Both the position numbers and the translations under genes were made by a program. A stretch of 64,000 bases of DNA from an uncultured Actinomycetes bacterium (GTDB lineage Bacteria > Actinomycetota > Thermoleophilia > UBA2241). The notes beneath the pieces were generated by a model. The model worked only from the letters and a program-made list of their open reading frames with translations, ran no database searches and was not told where the DNA came from. Location: contig CAVRZA010000001.1 in assembly GCA_963725665.1 (NCBI GenBank), positions 288,001-352,000 of the forward strand, written 5' to 3'. This document shows positions 1 through 10,099 of the stretch, piece after piece (positions within the stretch are counted from its first letter, which is position 1; the number at the start of each line of letters is the position of its first letter).

Positions 1-489
1 AAGGTCCTCTTCGTGCAGATCGGGCAGGCCGGCTACGCCGACGCGGCAGGCGGCAAGCGCGTCACGCAGAGCGCCATCTCCGGCGGCGCCGACGTGGTCT
101 TCGGCATGGGGGACGGTTCGTCGTTCGGCATGATGCAGGCCGTTGAGACCGCGACGCCGCCGAGCGGCGCCGACAAGGTGTGGTTCATCGACGTCATCGG
201 CAACAAGAGCTCCCTCGACAAGAAGCACATCTACCTGTCGTCGGTCCTGTGGGACTTCACGCAGATCGACACGGAGCTCATCCAAGCGGTCCAGAACGGG
301 ACGTTCGGTCAGAAGAGCGTGTACCTGGATCTCAACAACGGCTTGGGTCTGCTGCAGACCGACCTCATTCCTGCGGATGTCTGGAGCAAGGTCGAGACCG
401 CTAAGCAGGCCATCATCGACGGCAGCATCCAGGTGCCGTTGACCACGAACATGAAGCAAGTCAAGAAGATGATCGCCTCTGGACAGTGA
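1..489 (+). CDS. BMP-family (PnrA/NupN-like) ABC transporter substrate-binding protein, 5' truncated by window edge
   Basis: Frame open from base 1. GADVVFG..G....GMMQA and WFIDV..K..SSVLWD..GTFG....L...GLGL..IIDGSIQVP match the BMP C-terminal half. Directly upstream of a Nup-type ATPase and two permeases. Confidence 0.85.
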   Translation, partial: KVLFVQIGQAGYADAAGGKRVTQSAISGGADVVFGMGDGSSFGMMQAVETATPPSGADKVWFIDVIGNKSSLDKKHIYLSSVLWDFTQIDTELIQAVQNGTFGQKSVYLDLNNGLGLLQTDLIPADVWSKVETAKQAIIDGSIQVPLTTNMKQVKKMIASGQ

Positions 490-2171
490 TCATGGCCCCG
501 TTCTCTCAAGAGGGTGACGGGGAGGGCGGGCGCGGTCTGACGACCGCGCCCGCCCTCCCCGTCGACGGGGCTGCCGCTCCCGGCGACGCCTCCGCGCAGA
601 CCATCGCCATCCAGTTCTGCGACATCACGAAAGAGTTCCCGGGGGTGCGCGCCAACGACTGCGTCAATCTCATCGTGCGGCAGGGCGAGGTGCATTGCCT
701 GCTCGGCGAGAACGGCGCCGGCAAGTCGACGCTGATGAACGTGCTGGCCGGCATCTATCAACCCGACGAAGGCACCATCCGCGTGTGCAACGAGGAGGTG
801 TGCATCAGCTGTCCGCGGGACGCGATCGACCTCGGCATCGGCATGGTGCACCAGCACAGCAGCCTGATCCCGACCTTCACGGTTCTCGAGAACCTCATGC
901 TCGGCCAGGGTGAGGGTGTGCGGCTCAGCGTCAAGAAGGCCCAAGACGGGCTCGCGAGCCTCTCGGCGACACTCGGCGTGGATGTCGACCCCGACACCGA
1001 GGTGGGACAGCTGTCGCTCGGCCAGCAGCAGCAGGTGGAGATCCTGAAGGCGCTCTGGCAGGGCTCCAAGGTCCTCATCCTCGACGAGCCGACCTCGATG
1101 TTGACGCCCAAGGGCATCGAGGATCTCGAGCGGGTCCTTCTGAGGCTCAAGCGGGAGGGCCTGGCCATCATCTTCATCACCCACAAGCTGCACGAGGCCG
1201 CCGCCATCGGCGACCGCGTCTCCGTGCTGCGTCAAGGTCGGCTGGAGGACACGATCGACAGCGAAATGATGCGGAGGCTCTCCCGCGAGGAGCTGCAGCG
1301 CATGATCGTTGATCTGATGTTCCCCGGCGAGGCCGAGAGCCTGGCCAGCGTCGCCGAGCTGCGCGACCTCGCGGAGCTGGGCGGCACGGGCAGCAAGGCG
1401 GCTATCGGGGGGCCGTTGCTGGAGCTCGACGGCGTCACTGTCGCCGGCAAGCACGGAGAGATCGGCATCGAGGAGGGCATCACGCTTACGGTGCACGCGG
1501 GCGAGGTGGTCGGCATCGCTGGCGTAGACGGCAACGGCCAGCGACCGCTGGCCGAAGCCATCGCCGGCCAGCGTTCGCTCTCCGGCGGCGATATCAGTCT
1601 CGGCGGCACCTCGATACGCAGGCTGAGCGTAGGCGCACGCCAGCGCCTCGGCTTGCGCTATGTAACCGACGATCGCTTCAACGAGGGGATTGTCGGTGCG
1701 CTCCCTGTGTCCATCAACATGGTCATGAAGAGCATCGGCATGCCGCCGTTCTGGATACACGGCCGCACGCGTCCCGCGGAGATCGATGCCAACGCCGAGA
1801 AGCTGGTCGACGAGTACAACATCATGACGCCGTCGATCCACACCCACGCAGGTTCTCTCTCGGGCGGCAACGCTCAAAAGATGGTGCTGGCGCGCGAACT
1901 GTCCTTCGACCCCAGGGCGGTGGTGTTCAACAAGCCGACCTACGGGCTAGACGTCAAGACCACGACGGCTGTACGCGCGCGAATCCGCGAATTGGTAGAC
2001 ACGGGGAAGGCCGGCGCCCTGGTCATCTCCACCGACCTTGAAGAGCTCCTGGTGCTCTGCGACCGCGTCGCGGTGCTGTCACGCGGCCGCCTCATGGGGG
2101 TCGTGCAGAACAAGCCCGGCGCGGAGCAGGAGATCGGCGCACTGATGATCGGAGGAGGGCGCGGTGAGTGA
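486..2171 (+). CDS. ABC transporter ATP-binding protein with two NBDs (nucleoside/monosaccharide CUT2 type)
   Basis: GENGAGKST Walker A, LSLGQQQ, LILDEPT; second domain GVDGNGQ, LSGGNAQK, ISTDLEE. Exact start uncertain. Confidence 0.93.
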   Translation: MIMAPFSQEGDGEGGRGLTTAPALPVDGAAAPGDASAQTIAIQFCDITKEFPGVRANDCVNLIVRQGEVHCLLGENGAGKSTLMNVLAGIYQPDEGTIRVCNEEVCISCPRDAIDLGIGMVHQHSSLIPTFTVLENLMLGQGEGVRLSVKKAQDGLASLSATLGVDVDPDTEVGQLSLGQQQQVEILKALWQGSKVLILDEPTSMLTPKGIEDLERVLLRLKREGLAIIFITHKLHEAAAIGDRVSVLRQGRLEDTIDSEMMRRLSREELQRMIVDLMFPGEAESLASVAELRDLAELGGTGSKAAIGGPLLELDGVTVAGKHGEIGIEEGITLTVHAGEVVGIAGVDGNGQRPLAEAIAGQRSLSGGDISLGGTSIRRLSVGARQRLGLRYVTDDRFNEGIVGALPVSINMVMKSIGMPPFWIHGRTRPAEIDANAEKLVDEYNIMTPSIHTHAGSLSGGNAQKMVLARELSFDPRAVVFNKPTYGLDVKTTTAVRARIRELVDTGKAGALVISTDLEELLVLCDRVAVLSRGRLMGVVQNKPGAEQEIGALMIGGGRGE

Positions 2172-3309
2172 CACCACGAACGAAGCCATCCTTGCCTTCG
2201 GTGCGCCCGCGCGACCGTCCGCGCTGCGGCGTGGGAGGAAGGCGTTCTGGCGGGCGGCCGTCCCCGTCTTCTACGGCCTCATCGCCGGCGGCGTACTGCT
2301 GCTCGTCTTGGGCAAGAACCCGGTCACCTTCTACTGGACGACACTCGAGAACGGATTGCTCACGTCGGCCGGCCTCGAGCAGACACTCATCCGCCTGGCC
2401 CCCCTGCTGTTGATGTCGGCGGGGTTCATCGTGGCCTTCCAGGCGGGACTGTGGAACATCGGCGGCGACGGTCAGTTCCTGATGGCGGCCGCATTGGTCG
2501 GCGGCCTCGGCGCGTCGATGGTGGCAGCGCTGCCTTTCTGGCTCGCGCTCGTCCTTCTCTGCATCATCGCCTTCCTGGTCGGCGCGGCTTGGACTCTCGT
2601 GCCGTCGTTCCTGAAGGCCTACTACGGCATGAACGAGATCATCACCAGCCTGATGATGGCCTACCTCGGCATCAACTTCGCCAACTTTCTGATCAAAGGT
2701 CCGTTCTTGACCGACGTGGGTTTCGTCCCACAAACGAACGTCATTCCCTTCGCGTACCTTCTGCCGTATCTACCGGGCACACGGATCCACGTGGGCATCG
2801 TCGTCGCGCTTGTCGTGCTGGGCCTTGTGCACTACATGCAGACTCGCACCGGGTACGGGCTCCGCCTGCGCATCCTGGGCGCCAACCCAAGAGCGGCAGT
2901 CCATGCCGGCATCAACGTGAAGCGTGACATCATCACTGCGTTCGCCCTGAGCGGCGGCCTCATCGGCCTAGCCGCCGCTGTCGAAGTGCTAGGCGTGTGG
3001 GGCTACGTGCGTGCTGACTGGAATCCCGCGTTCGGCATGACGCTGTTCGCGATCGTGTTCCTCGCCGGGCTCAACGTCATGGTGGTCATCCCCTTCGTGT
3101 TCTTCTTCGCCGTGATCCAGATAGGAGGCCACGAGGCCGCCCGGCAGGCGGGGTTGCCCAACGACTTCCTGTTGCTGTTGGTCGGACTGATCCTGTTCTT
3201 CATGGTGCTGACGGAGTGGGCACGCACGCGGGGATGGTTCAGCAGAAGGGGCAAGGAGGTCGCGTCGGGCGTTGCCCTCGGGCCGGAAGAGGCGGTGAGC
3301 AATGGGTAG
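2164..3309 (+). CDS. ABC transporter permease (NupB-like)
   Basis: Multi-TM; AGLWNIGGDGQ, NEIITSLM, GANPRAA..AGI motifs; overlaps the ATPase stop. Confidence 0.9.
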   Translation: MSDTTNEAILAFGAPARPSALRRGRKAFWRAAVPVFYGLIAGGVLLLVLGKNPVTFYWTTLENGLLTSAGLEQTLIRLAPLLLMSAGFIVAFQAGLWNIGGDGQFLMAAALVGGLGASMVAALPFWLALVLLCIIAFLVGAAWTLVPSFLKAYYGMNEIITSLMMAYLGINFANFLIKGPFLTDVGFVPQTNVIPFAYLLPYLPGTRIHVGIVVALVVLGLVHYMQTRTGYGLRLRILGANPRAAVHAGINVKRDIITAFALSGGLIGLAAAVEVLGVWGYVRADWNPAFGMTLFAIVFLAGLNVMVVIPFVFFFAVIQIGGHEAARQAGLPNDFLLLLVGLILFFMVLTEWARTRGWFSRRGKEVASGVALGPEEAVSNG

Positions 3310-4237
3310 CATCCTCACCGCTGACTTCGTCGCCGCCGTCATCTCGGGTGCCATCCTCGCCGGCATGCCGCTCCTCTTCGCCGCGCTCGGCGAGACCATC
3401 TCGGAGCAGGCCGGCCTGCTCAACATCGGTCTCGAGGGCATGATGCTCTTCGGCGCCTACGCCGGCTTCAACGCCGCTTACTACGGCGGTTCGTCCTGGA
3501 TCGGCTTCGTGGCGGCCATCGTCGGCGGCATGGCCGTCTCGGGGCTCATGGTCGTCTTCTGCGTGCGGATGGGGCGCGACCAGATCGTCGTCGGCATCGC
3601 CATCTTGCTCGCCATGGAGGGCCTCACCAGCCTGCTGCACCAGGTGCAGTTCGGCACGAGCTACCCGCGTCTAGGGAGTGTGCCGACCATCGCCATCCCC
3701 GGGCTCAGCAAGATCCCCGTGGTCGGGCCCAGCATCTTCACCCAGCCCCTGATCACCTACATCGGCGTCGCGCTCATCTTCGCGGTGGGCTGGATGCTCT
3801 ACCGGACCAACCTCGGTCTCAACATCAGGGCCGCAGGCTGGAAGCCGGTGGCCCTCGACAACGCCGGCGTGGACGTGCTCAAGATTCGCACGATCGCCGT
3901 TCTGGCCACGGGCGCCCTAGCCGGCCTTGGCGGCGGGTACATGGCGATCGTCGTGGCCGGGGTCTTCGTCCCGTTCATCACCGGCGGGTACGGGTTCATC
4001 GCGATCGTCATCGCCATGCTGGCCCGCGGACGCCCCGTCTGGGTGCTCATCGGCGCGCTGCTCTTCGGCGTCGCGTTGTCGATCGCCACGGCGCTGCAGC
4101 TAGTGGGCATCAACGTCTCCACCGATCTCGTGCAAATGCTGCCGTTCCTCGCCGTCATAGCCGCCCTCGCGCTGTTCGCGCGTCACACCATGCTGCCGGC
4201 GGCGCTGGCGACACCGTTCGTCAGGGGTCAGAAGTGA
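3302..4237 (+). CDS. ABC transporter permease (NupC-like)
   Basis: PLLFAALGE..SEQAGLLNIGLEGMML, G.GFIAI, QMLPF, PAALATPF motifs. Confidence 0.9.
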   Translation: MGSILTADFVAAVISGAILAGMPLLFAALGETISEQAGLLNIGLEGMMLFGAYAGFNAAYYGGSSWIGFVAAIVGGMAVSGLMVVFCVRMGRDQIVVGIAILLAMEGLTSLLHQVQFGTSYPRLGSVPTIAIPGLSKIPVVGPSIFTQPLITYIGVALIFAVGWMLYRTNLGLNIRAAGWKPVALDNAGVDVLKIRTIAVLATGALAGLGGGYMAIVVAGVFVPFITGGYGFIAIVIAMLARGRPVWVLIGALLFGVALSIATALQLVGINVSTDLVQMLPFLAVIAALALFARHTMLPAALATPFVRGQK

Positions 4238-4283
4238 GGTCGCGGCCATTAGGAGCGGCTCGACAGGAAGAGAGGTGGACGGC

Positions 4284-5465
4284 ATGAGACGATCGATCGA
4301 GTTCATGCTCACGGCGGGTCCGGTGGAGTACTCGGACAAGGTCCGCAGCGCCTTGGGCTCGCAGCTTTTGTTCGACTATTCGGAGCCCTTCTTCGAGCTC
4401 TTCCGCGACACGCAGGAGAAGTTCAAGCGGTTCTTCAAGACGACCAACGACATCGTGATGATGCAGGGGGAGGCGCTGCTCGGCCTCGAGGCCATCTCGA
4501 TCTGCGGTCTCGACGAGGGCGATGTCGTCATCAACGTCGAGAGCGGTCACTACGGCGAGGGCAACCGCTACTTCATCGAGAAGTACGGGGGCAAGGCAAT
4601 CCCGGTCGAGACCGCCTGGAACACGGTAGTCGAGCCCGAGCAGCTCGAGCCCGTGCTCAAGGCGCACCCGGAGGCGAAGATCCTCTGGCTGGTGCACTGC
4701 GAGACGCCCTGCGGGACCCAGATCGACCTCGAGGCGCTGGCGCGGCTCGGCAAGCAGTATGACAAGCTCGTGTTCGTCGACTCGGTGAGCTGCGCCGGCA
4801 GCGTCCCGGTGGAGGTCGACGCGTGGGGGATCGACATCGTCTCGGTCGGTTCCCAGAAGGTGCTGGGGGCGCCGCCGGGACTCAGCGCCATGGCGATCTC
4901 AGAGGTGGCTTGGGACCGCTTCCGCTCCGTGAAGCGTCCCAACCGCTACTCGTACACCAGCATCCTCGACTGGAAGGAGATGTGGCTCGAGAAGGGGTTC
5001 TGGCCCTACACCGCATCTGTGGCCGATGTGGGCGCCCTGAACGCCGCTGTGAGTGAATACCTCGAGCTCGGGCACGAAGAGAACTTCCGCCGCTACGCGG
5101 AGGTGGGCCGCGCCACGCGGCGCGCGGTCGAAGCGATGGGCCTCGATGTGTGGGCCGACACCGAAGAGCATGCCTGCAACATCGTCACCGCCGTCGCCGT
5201 TTCCGACGGCATCGACGACGAGGAGCTGCGGCGGCGCATGGTGGACCGGTTCGGCGTGTTGATCTCGGGCAGCCTCTTCAACACGCCGATCTACGGCAAG
5301 TTAGTGCGTATTGGTCACATGGGCAGGACCTGCAGCCCCTCGTACGCGCTCACCGCTGTCACGGCCCTGGGGCACTGTCTGCGGGAGCTCGGCCACGACG
5401 TCGACATGAGCGCCGGGGTCGAAGCTTTTCTCGGAGCCCTCGATCCACTGGAGGTCGCCACGTGA
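4284..5465 (+). CDS. ppaT: Class V aminotransferase, pyridoxamine-pyruvate aminotransferase-like
   Basis: LTAGPV, LFDY, QGEALLGLEA, LKAHPE, catalytic Lys in GSQKVLGAPPGL, SILDW...W, PYTASV, GKLVRIGHMG.T..P.YA..A.TALG. These blocks follow the Mesorhizobium loti PPAT sequence as I recall it. Class V assignment is secure; the PPAT subfamily needs alignment confirmation. Confidence 0.75.
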   Translation: MRRSIEFMLTAGPVEYSDKVRSALGSQLLFDYSEPFFELFRDTQEKFKRFFKTTNDIVMMQGEALLGLEAISICGLDEGDVVINVESGHYGEGNRYFIEKYGGKAIPVETAWNTVVEPEQLEPVLKAHPEAKILWLVHCETPCGTQIDLEALARLGKQYDKLVFVDSVSCAGSVPVEVDAWGIDIVSVGSQKVLGAPPGLSAMAISEVAWDRFRSVKRPNRYSYTSILDWKEMWLEKGFWPYTASVADVGALNAAVSEYLELGHEENFRRYAEVGRATRRAVEAMGLDVWADTEEHACNIVTAVAVSDGIDDEELRRRMVDRFGVLISGSLFNTPIYGKLVRIGHMGRTCSPSYALTAVTALGHCLRELGHDVDMSAGVEAFLGALDPLEVAT

Positions 5466-5872
5466 GCTACATCGCCTTCCACAAGGAGAAGTGTGTCTAC
5501 TGCGACCTCTGTGCGGGCGTCTGCTCGCTCAGCAAGCTGGAACGGGTCCAGCCACGCGGGGCCTGCATCACGATCGACCGCGAGCCAGGCGATGCCTTCG
5601 GAGAGCTGCGCTGTTCGGTCTGCGACATGACCCACGATCGCGCCTGCGTCGACGCTTGTCCCGAAGAGGCCCTTGTGTGGGATGCAAAGGCTGGGGTCGT
5701 GCGCTTCGTGGCAGAGCTCTGCACGATGTGCGAGAGCTGCCTTGACGCCTGCCCGAACGTCCATCTCGACGCCGTGTCTGAGCGCATCATGATCTGCGAT
5801 CTCTGCAACGGCGATCCGTTGTGCGTGCAGTGGTGCCCAGAGGGCGCCCTGACCTGGGAGGGGCGGGCATGA
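5462..5872 (+). CDS. 4Fe-4S dicluster (multi-cluster) electron-transfer protein, AOR partner
   Basis: CVYCDLCAGVC, CSVC..CVDACP, CTMCESCLDACP, CDLC..DPLCVQWCP; GTGA and ATGA overlaps with both neighbours. Confidence 0.9.
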   Translation: MSYIAFHKEKCVYCDLCAGVCSLSKLERVQPRGACITIDREPGDAFGELRCSVCDMTHDRACVDACPEEALVWDAKAGVVRFVAELCTMCESCLDACPNVHLDAVSERIMICDLCNGDPLCVQWCPEGALTWEGRA

Positions 5873-7683
5873 AGTACGGGGGCTACATGGGCAAGTTCCT
5901 TACGGTCGACCTTACGAGCGGCGCCCACGGCGAGCTCCCGGTCGACGAAGAGCTGGCCGAGAAGTACCTCGGCGGCCGTGGCTTCATCGCCAAGCTTCTC
6001 TACAGCCGTCTGCCGCGTCACATCGACCCATTGGCTCCCGAGAACGAGATCATCTTCGCGACGGGGCCGGCCACGGGGACGATGATCCCGACGGCGAGCC
6101 GCATCGCAGTCGGGGTCAAGAGCCCGCTCACAGGGACGATCTCGGCGAGCTACATGGGTGGCCACTTCGGCCCGGAGCTCAAGTACGCTGGCTGGGACGG
6201 GATCATCGTCACCGGGGTCTCGGCCGAGCCGGTCTACCTGGTCGTCGATGGGTCCAAGGTCGAGCTGCGTGACGCCGCCCACCTGTGGGGAAAGGACACC
6301 GAAGAGACGCAGGCCATCCTGCGGCGCGATCTGGGGGACGACTTTCGCACCGGGGCCATCGGGCAGGCCGGCGAGAACCAGGTCCTCTATGCCAACTTCC
6401 TCCACCTGCAGCACGCCGCCGGCAGAGGTGGTCCGGGCGCCGTGTTTGGCGCCAAGCGTCTGAAGGCGGTCGCCGTGCGCGGCCGCGGCGGGGTCTCGGT
6501 GGCCTCGCCGGCCGCCGAGTACATACCGGCCTGCAAAGAGCTCCACGACATCATCATGGAGAACCCGGTCAGGCCGGCGTTCCGCTGGGCGGGTACGACC
6601 GGCATGCTGCCCTTTGTCAATGAGGCCGTCGGTCTGCCTTACAGGAACCACCAGGACGACAAAGCTCCCGACGTGAGCGCGATCCACAACGAGGAGATCG
6701 CGAAGTTCGTGCAGCGCTACGAGTCCTGCAGCGGCTGCAACGTGATCTGCGGATCCGTGGTCGAGTTCGAACGTCAGGGTCGTGCCTACCGCACGGAGCG
6801 CATCGAGCACGAATCCGTGTGGGCCCTCGGCCCCAACTGCGGCGTTGTCGATCTGCCGGCGATTATGGAGGCCGCCCTCGTCTGCGACCGCCTCGGCATC
6901 GACACGATGACTGCCGGAGGCGCGATCTCCTGGGCCATGGAGATGACTCAGCGCGGCGAGCTTACGAAGGAAGACACAGGCGGTCTCGAGTTCAGCTTTG
7001 GCAACGCCGACGTGCTCCGTGAGGCGATCCTCAAGATTGGCGCGCGTGACGGCTTCGGCGATCTTCTGGCGCTGGGGTCACGCGGAGCAGCGCGGGCGTT
7101 CGGCAGGGGCGAGGAGTACGCCATGCAGGTGAAGGGCCTCGAGCTGTCGGCATACGCGCCACGCGCATTCACGGGGATGGGCCTCAGCTTTGCTACGACA
7201 GGACGCGGCGCGGATCACAACAAGGCCTTCACGGTCGCGGCCGAGTTTCTGGGCGTCTTGGGTGACTACGACCGCTATTCGCTCGAGGGCAAGCCTGCAC
7301 TGGTCAAGAGCATGCAGGACAGCACGGCGATCATCGATTCTCTGATCATGTGCATGTTCACGGTCGATCTCGGCATCAGCGTCGAGCTGTACGCCCGTTG
7401 CGCGAGTCTGCCGACGGGCATGAACATCACCGCCGAGGACGTGTACACGATCGGCGAACGGATCAACGCGGTGGAGCGCTTGTTCAACATCGAAGAGGGG
7501 TTCTCCAGGGCGGACGACGTGTTGCCGTCACGTTTCGCCGACGAAGCTGCTCCTTCCGACCCTGGTGCCCACACCCTCGATGTCACCGCAGTCATGGACG
7601 AGTACTACGAGGAACGCGGCTGGGATCGCGATGGCGTACCGACTCCCGCCCTTCTCTCGAAGCTTGGCATCCAGTCTCACTGA
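5869..7683 (+). CDS. aor: Aldehyde:ferredoxin oxidoreductase family protein (W-pterin), copy 1
   Basis: YLGGRG, KSPLTG, GG.FGPELK.AG.D, AGRGG.GAV.G.K.LKAV, CSGCNVIC, DRLGIDT, RGADH, LP.RF, YY..RGWD..GVP. Confidence 0.93.
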   Translation: MKYGGYMGKFLTVDLTSGAHGELPVDEELAEKYLGGRGFIAKLLYSRLPRHIDPLAPENEIIFATGPATGTMIPTASRIAVGVKSPLTGTISASYMGGHFGPELKYAGWDGIIVTGVSAEPVYLVVDGSKVELRDAAHLWGKDTEETQAILRRDLGDDFRTGAIGQAGENQVLYANFLHLQHAAGRGGPGAVFGAKRLKAVAVRGRGGVSVASPAAEYIPACKELHDIIMENPVRPAFRWAGTTGMLPFVNEAVGLPYRNHQDDKAPDVSAIHNEEIAKFVQRYESCSGCNVICGSVVEFERQGRAYRTERIEHESVWALGPNCGVVDLPAIMEAALVCDRLGIDTMTAGGAISWAMEMTQRGELTKEDTGGLEFSFGNADVLREAILKIGARDGFGDLLALGSRGAARAFGRGEEYAMQVKGLELSAYAPRAFTGMGLSFATTGRGADHNKAFTVAAEFLGVLGDYDRYSLEGKPALVKSMQDSTAIIDSLIMCMFTVDLGISVELYARCASLPTGMNITAEDVYTIGERINAVERLFNIEEGFSRADDVLPSRFADEAAPSDPGAHTLDVTAVMDEYYEERGWDRDGVPTPALLSKLGIQSH

Positions 7684-7695
7684 GAGGAGTGTGCG

Positions 7696-8785
7696 ATGCG
7701 CGCGGTTCGTCTGGTAGGAGCGAAGCAGCTTGTTGTGGACGACATTGACGACCCCGTCATCGTCGACCCCCACAACGCCATCATTGATGTCACGGCGACC
7801 GCGATCTGCGGTGCGGACCTGCTGCCCTACTGGGGGTACGTGCCTGGCTTTGAGTGGGGCACGACCATGGGACACGAGTTCGTCGGCATCGTGCGGGAGG
7901 TCGGACCCGCGGTCGCTCAGATCAAGGTCGGGGATCGCGTCGTCTGTTCCTCGATGACCTCGTGCGGCACGTGCTGGTACTGCCGTCGACAAGCCCAGCC
8001 CCAATGCGAGCACAGAGCTCTCTTCGGCTTCTCGGGGGCGTATCCGCGACTGGACGGCGGACAGGCCGAGCGCGTCCTCATCCCCAACGCCGATCGCGAC
8101 CTGTGGCGACTGCCGGACGACGTGTCGGATGATGCCGCCGTCTTCGTCGCGGACATTCTCTCGACGGCCTACCGGGGCGTCCAGCGGGCGGATCTTCAGC
8201 GTCGGCGACACGGTGGCGGTCGTCGGCTGCGGTCCTGTCGGGCTGATGGCGATCCTCGTCGCGCGCCTCACCGCCGGCAAGGTGCTCGCCGTCGACACGG
8301 TCGCCACACGTCTCGAGGTGGCTGCCGATCTGGGTGCCGTTCCGGTGGAAGCCAGCGAGGACGCGGTGGAGGCTGTCATGGCGGAGAGCGGTGGTCGCGG
8401 CGCTGATGCGGTGATCGAGTGCGCAGGCGGAGCGCCCGCACTGACCTCCGCCTTGAAGATGGCCCGTCCGAGAGGCACCGTGAGCGTTATCGGTGCCCAT
8501 TTCGAGCCCGACTTCTGCCTCGACGTCGGGGCGATGTTCGCCAACGAGACCACCCTTCGAGTGTCGGTGGGAGCCCCGACGGACGACCGCGAGAATGTCC
8601 TCGGCCTCATAAGCAGCGGCAGGATCGACCCGACCGTTGCGATCTCACACCGCATGCCCCTGGACGACGCGGCCGAGGCATACCAGCTCTTCGAGGCGCG
8701 ACTCGCCACCAAGGTCGTTCTGCTCACAGCGGCCGGCGAAGCCGCCAGGAGTTCACTGACGGCTTCGGCGGCGAGAGCCGAGTGA
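7696..8785 (+). CDS. Zn-dependent alcohol dehydrogenase (MDR); one frameshift near 8195 in this sequence
   Basis: ICGADL, GHEFVG, C..C.YC.......C Zn sites, GGQAE, ADILST in frame 7696. GCGPVG Rossmann motif and C-terminus in frame 8129. Removing one base in GATCTTCAGCGTC joins the two. Confidence 0.88.
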
Positions 8786-9042
8786 CAAGACACGACTCAG
8801 CAGCAGTGCAGATCACAGCCATCCTCTTCGGCACATACGCGGATCTCTTGCCGTCCTCGCGGCAGGGACGGACGATCGTCGACGTGCCTGCAGGCAGCAC
8901 AGTGGAGGACGTTCTTGACGCGCTCACCGTTCCCGCCGGCGCGCGGAGTTTCCTGACGCTGAACGGCGAGCGTGTCACTCCAGAGGACCCAGTACACGAT
9001 GGCGCGGAGCTGCGGGTGATCGTGCCTCTAGGGGGTGGGTGA
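8782..9042 (+). CDS. moaD: MoaD/ThiS family sulfur carrier
   Basis: About 86 aa, ubiquitin-like pattern (LF..Y.DLLP...G.TV.D.L..L..NG..L.DG), C-terminal GGG; commonly found beside AOR genes. Confidence 0.85.
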   Translation: MTRHDSAAVQITAILFGTYADLLPSSRQGRTIVDVPAGSTVEDVLDALTVPAGARSFLTLNGERVTPEDPVHDGAELRVIVPLGGG

Positions 9043-10012
9043 AGCGAACGTGATGGGACCGCCCTCCACGACCAGAGCAGCCCCGAGACCGAGGAGCACA
9101 TCGCGCCGTCGGACCGGCAAGGGCGCGGCCGAGGGCGGCGCGGCGTTTTCCGCCGCGCCGCCCTCGGCCGCGGATACGGCCCCCGACGCCACAGCCGCGC
9201 GGCGCGCCAAGCGTTCTGGCCTGCCCCTCTACTACCAGGTGATGCGCGACCTCAAGGAGCAGATCGTCTCCGGCAAGCTCGGTCCCGGCGACCGTCTGCC
9301 CTCGGAGGCGCGTCTGACGAGCCGCTATCGCGTGAGCCGGGTCGTGATCCGGCAGGCGCTGCAGATCCTCGAGGATCAGGGTCTGATCGAGCGCGAGCGG
9401 GGCCGCGGGACGTTCGTCTCGCGGAGGGTCGTCGACGACGCCACCCCGCGCATCACGGGGAGCCTCGAGGACCTCATCCACATGAGCCCCGAGACGACTC
9501 TCCGGGTGGCGGAGTTCCGGCTTGTCAAGGCCACACCCGACCTTGCCGAGGTCTTCGGCACGGAGGTCGATTCCGAGCTCTTCTTCGTCAAGCGCGTGCG
9601 CCTCGTCGACGAGATGCCTTTTGCCGTCCTCACGAACTACATCCCGTTCGAGATCGGCGCCTGCATCTCGCTGAGCGATCTCACGCGGCAGCCGCTCATC
9701 ACCCTGATCGAGCAGCAGGCCGGCGTCGACATCGAGTGGGCCTCGCAGGTCTACGAGGCGGTGGCGGCCGACGGGGAGATGGCCGAGCTGCTCGAGCTGG
9801 ACCTGCTCACGCCACTGCTCAAGCTGACGCTCACGGTCTACGCGGCCGACGGCAGCGTGGTCGACCTCGCACACGTCTTCTACCGGTCGGACCGGTATCA
9901 CCATCACGGCTACCTGGCGAGAAACCGCAAGGGCGAGGCGCGGTTCTGGAACGCCTGGGAGAGTCCCAGCTCCGCGCCGCCGGAGAGTGAGGCGGCGACG
10001 CGGGTGCGCTAG
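9035..10012 (+). CDS. GntR-family (HutC/UTRA) transcriptional regulator
   Basis: PLYYQV...L..QI.SG...PGDRLPSE..L...Y.VSR.V.RQAL..L...GLI.R.RGRGTFV plus a C-terminal UTRA domain (YRSDRY). Confidence 0.92.
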   Translation: MGEANVMGPPSTTRAAPRPRSTSRRRTGKGAAEGGAAFSAAPPSAADTAPDATAARRAKRSGLPLYYQVMRDLKEQIVSGKLGPGDRLPSEARLTSRYRVSRVVIRQALQILEDQGLIERERGRGTFVSRRVVDDATPRITGSLEDLIHMSPETTLRVAEFRLVKATPDLAEVFGTEVDSELFFVKRVRLVDEMPFAVLTNYIPFEIGACISLSDLTRQPLITLIEQQAGVDIEWASQVYEAVAADGEMAELLELDLLTPLLKLTLTVYAADGSVVDLAHVFYRSDRYHHHGYLARNRKGEARFWNAWESPSSAPPESEAATRVR

Positions 10013-10099
10013 AGCGGTGACGCCGGTGCACGTCAACGACGGCAGGAACAGGGACGGGATCCGCGGGGATGCCGCGACCGTCCCGCGGAGGAGGGTCTA

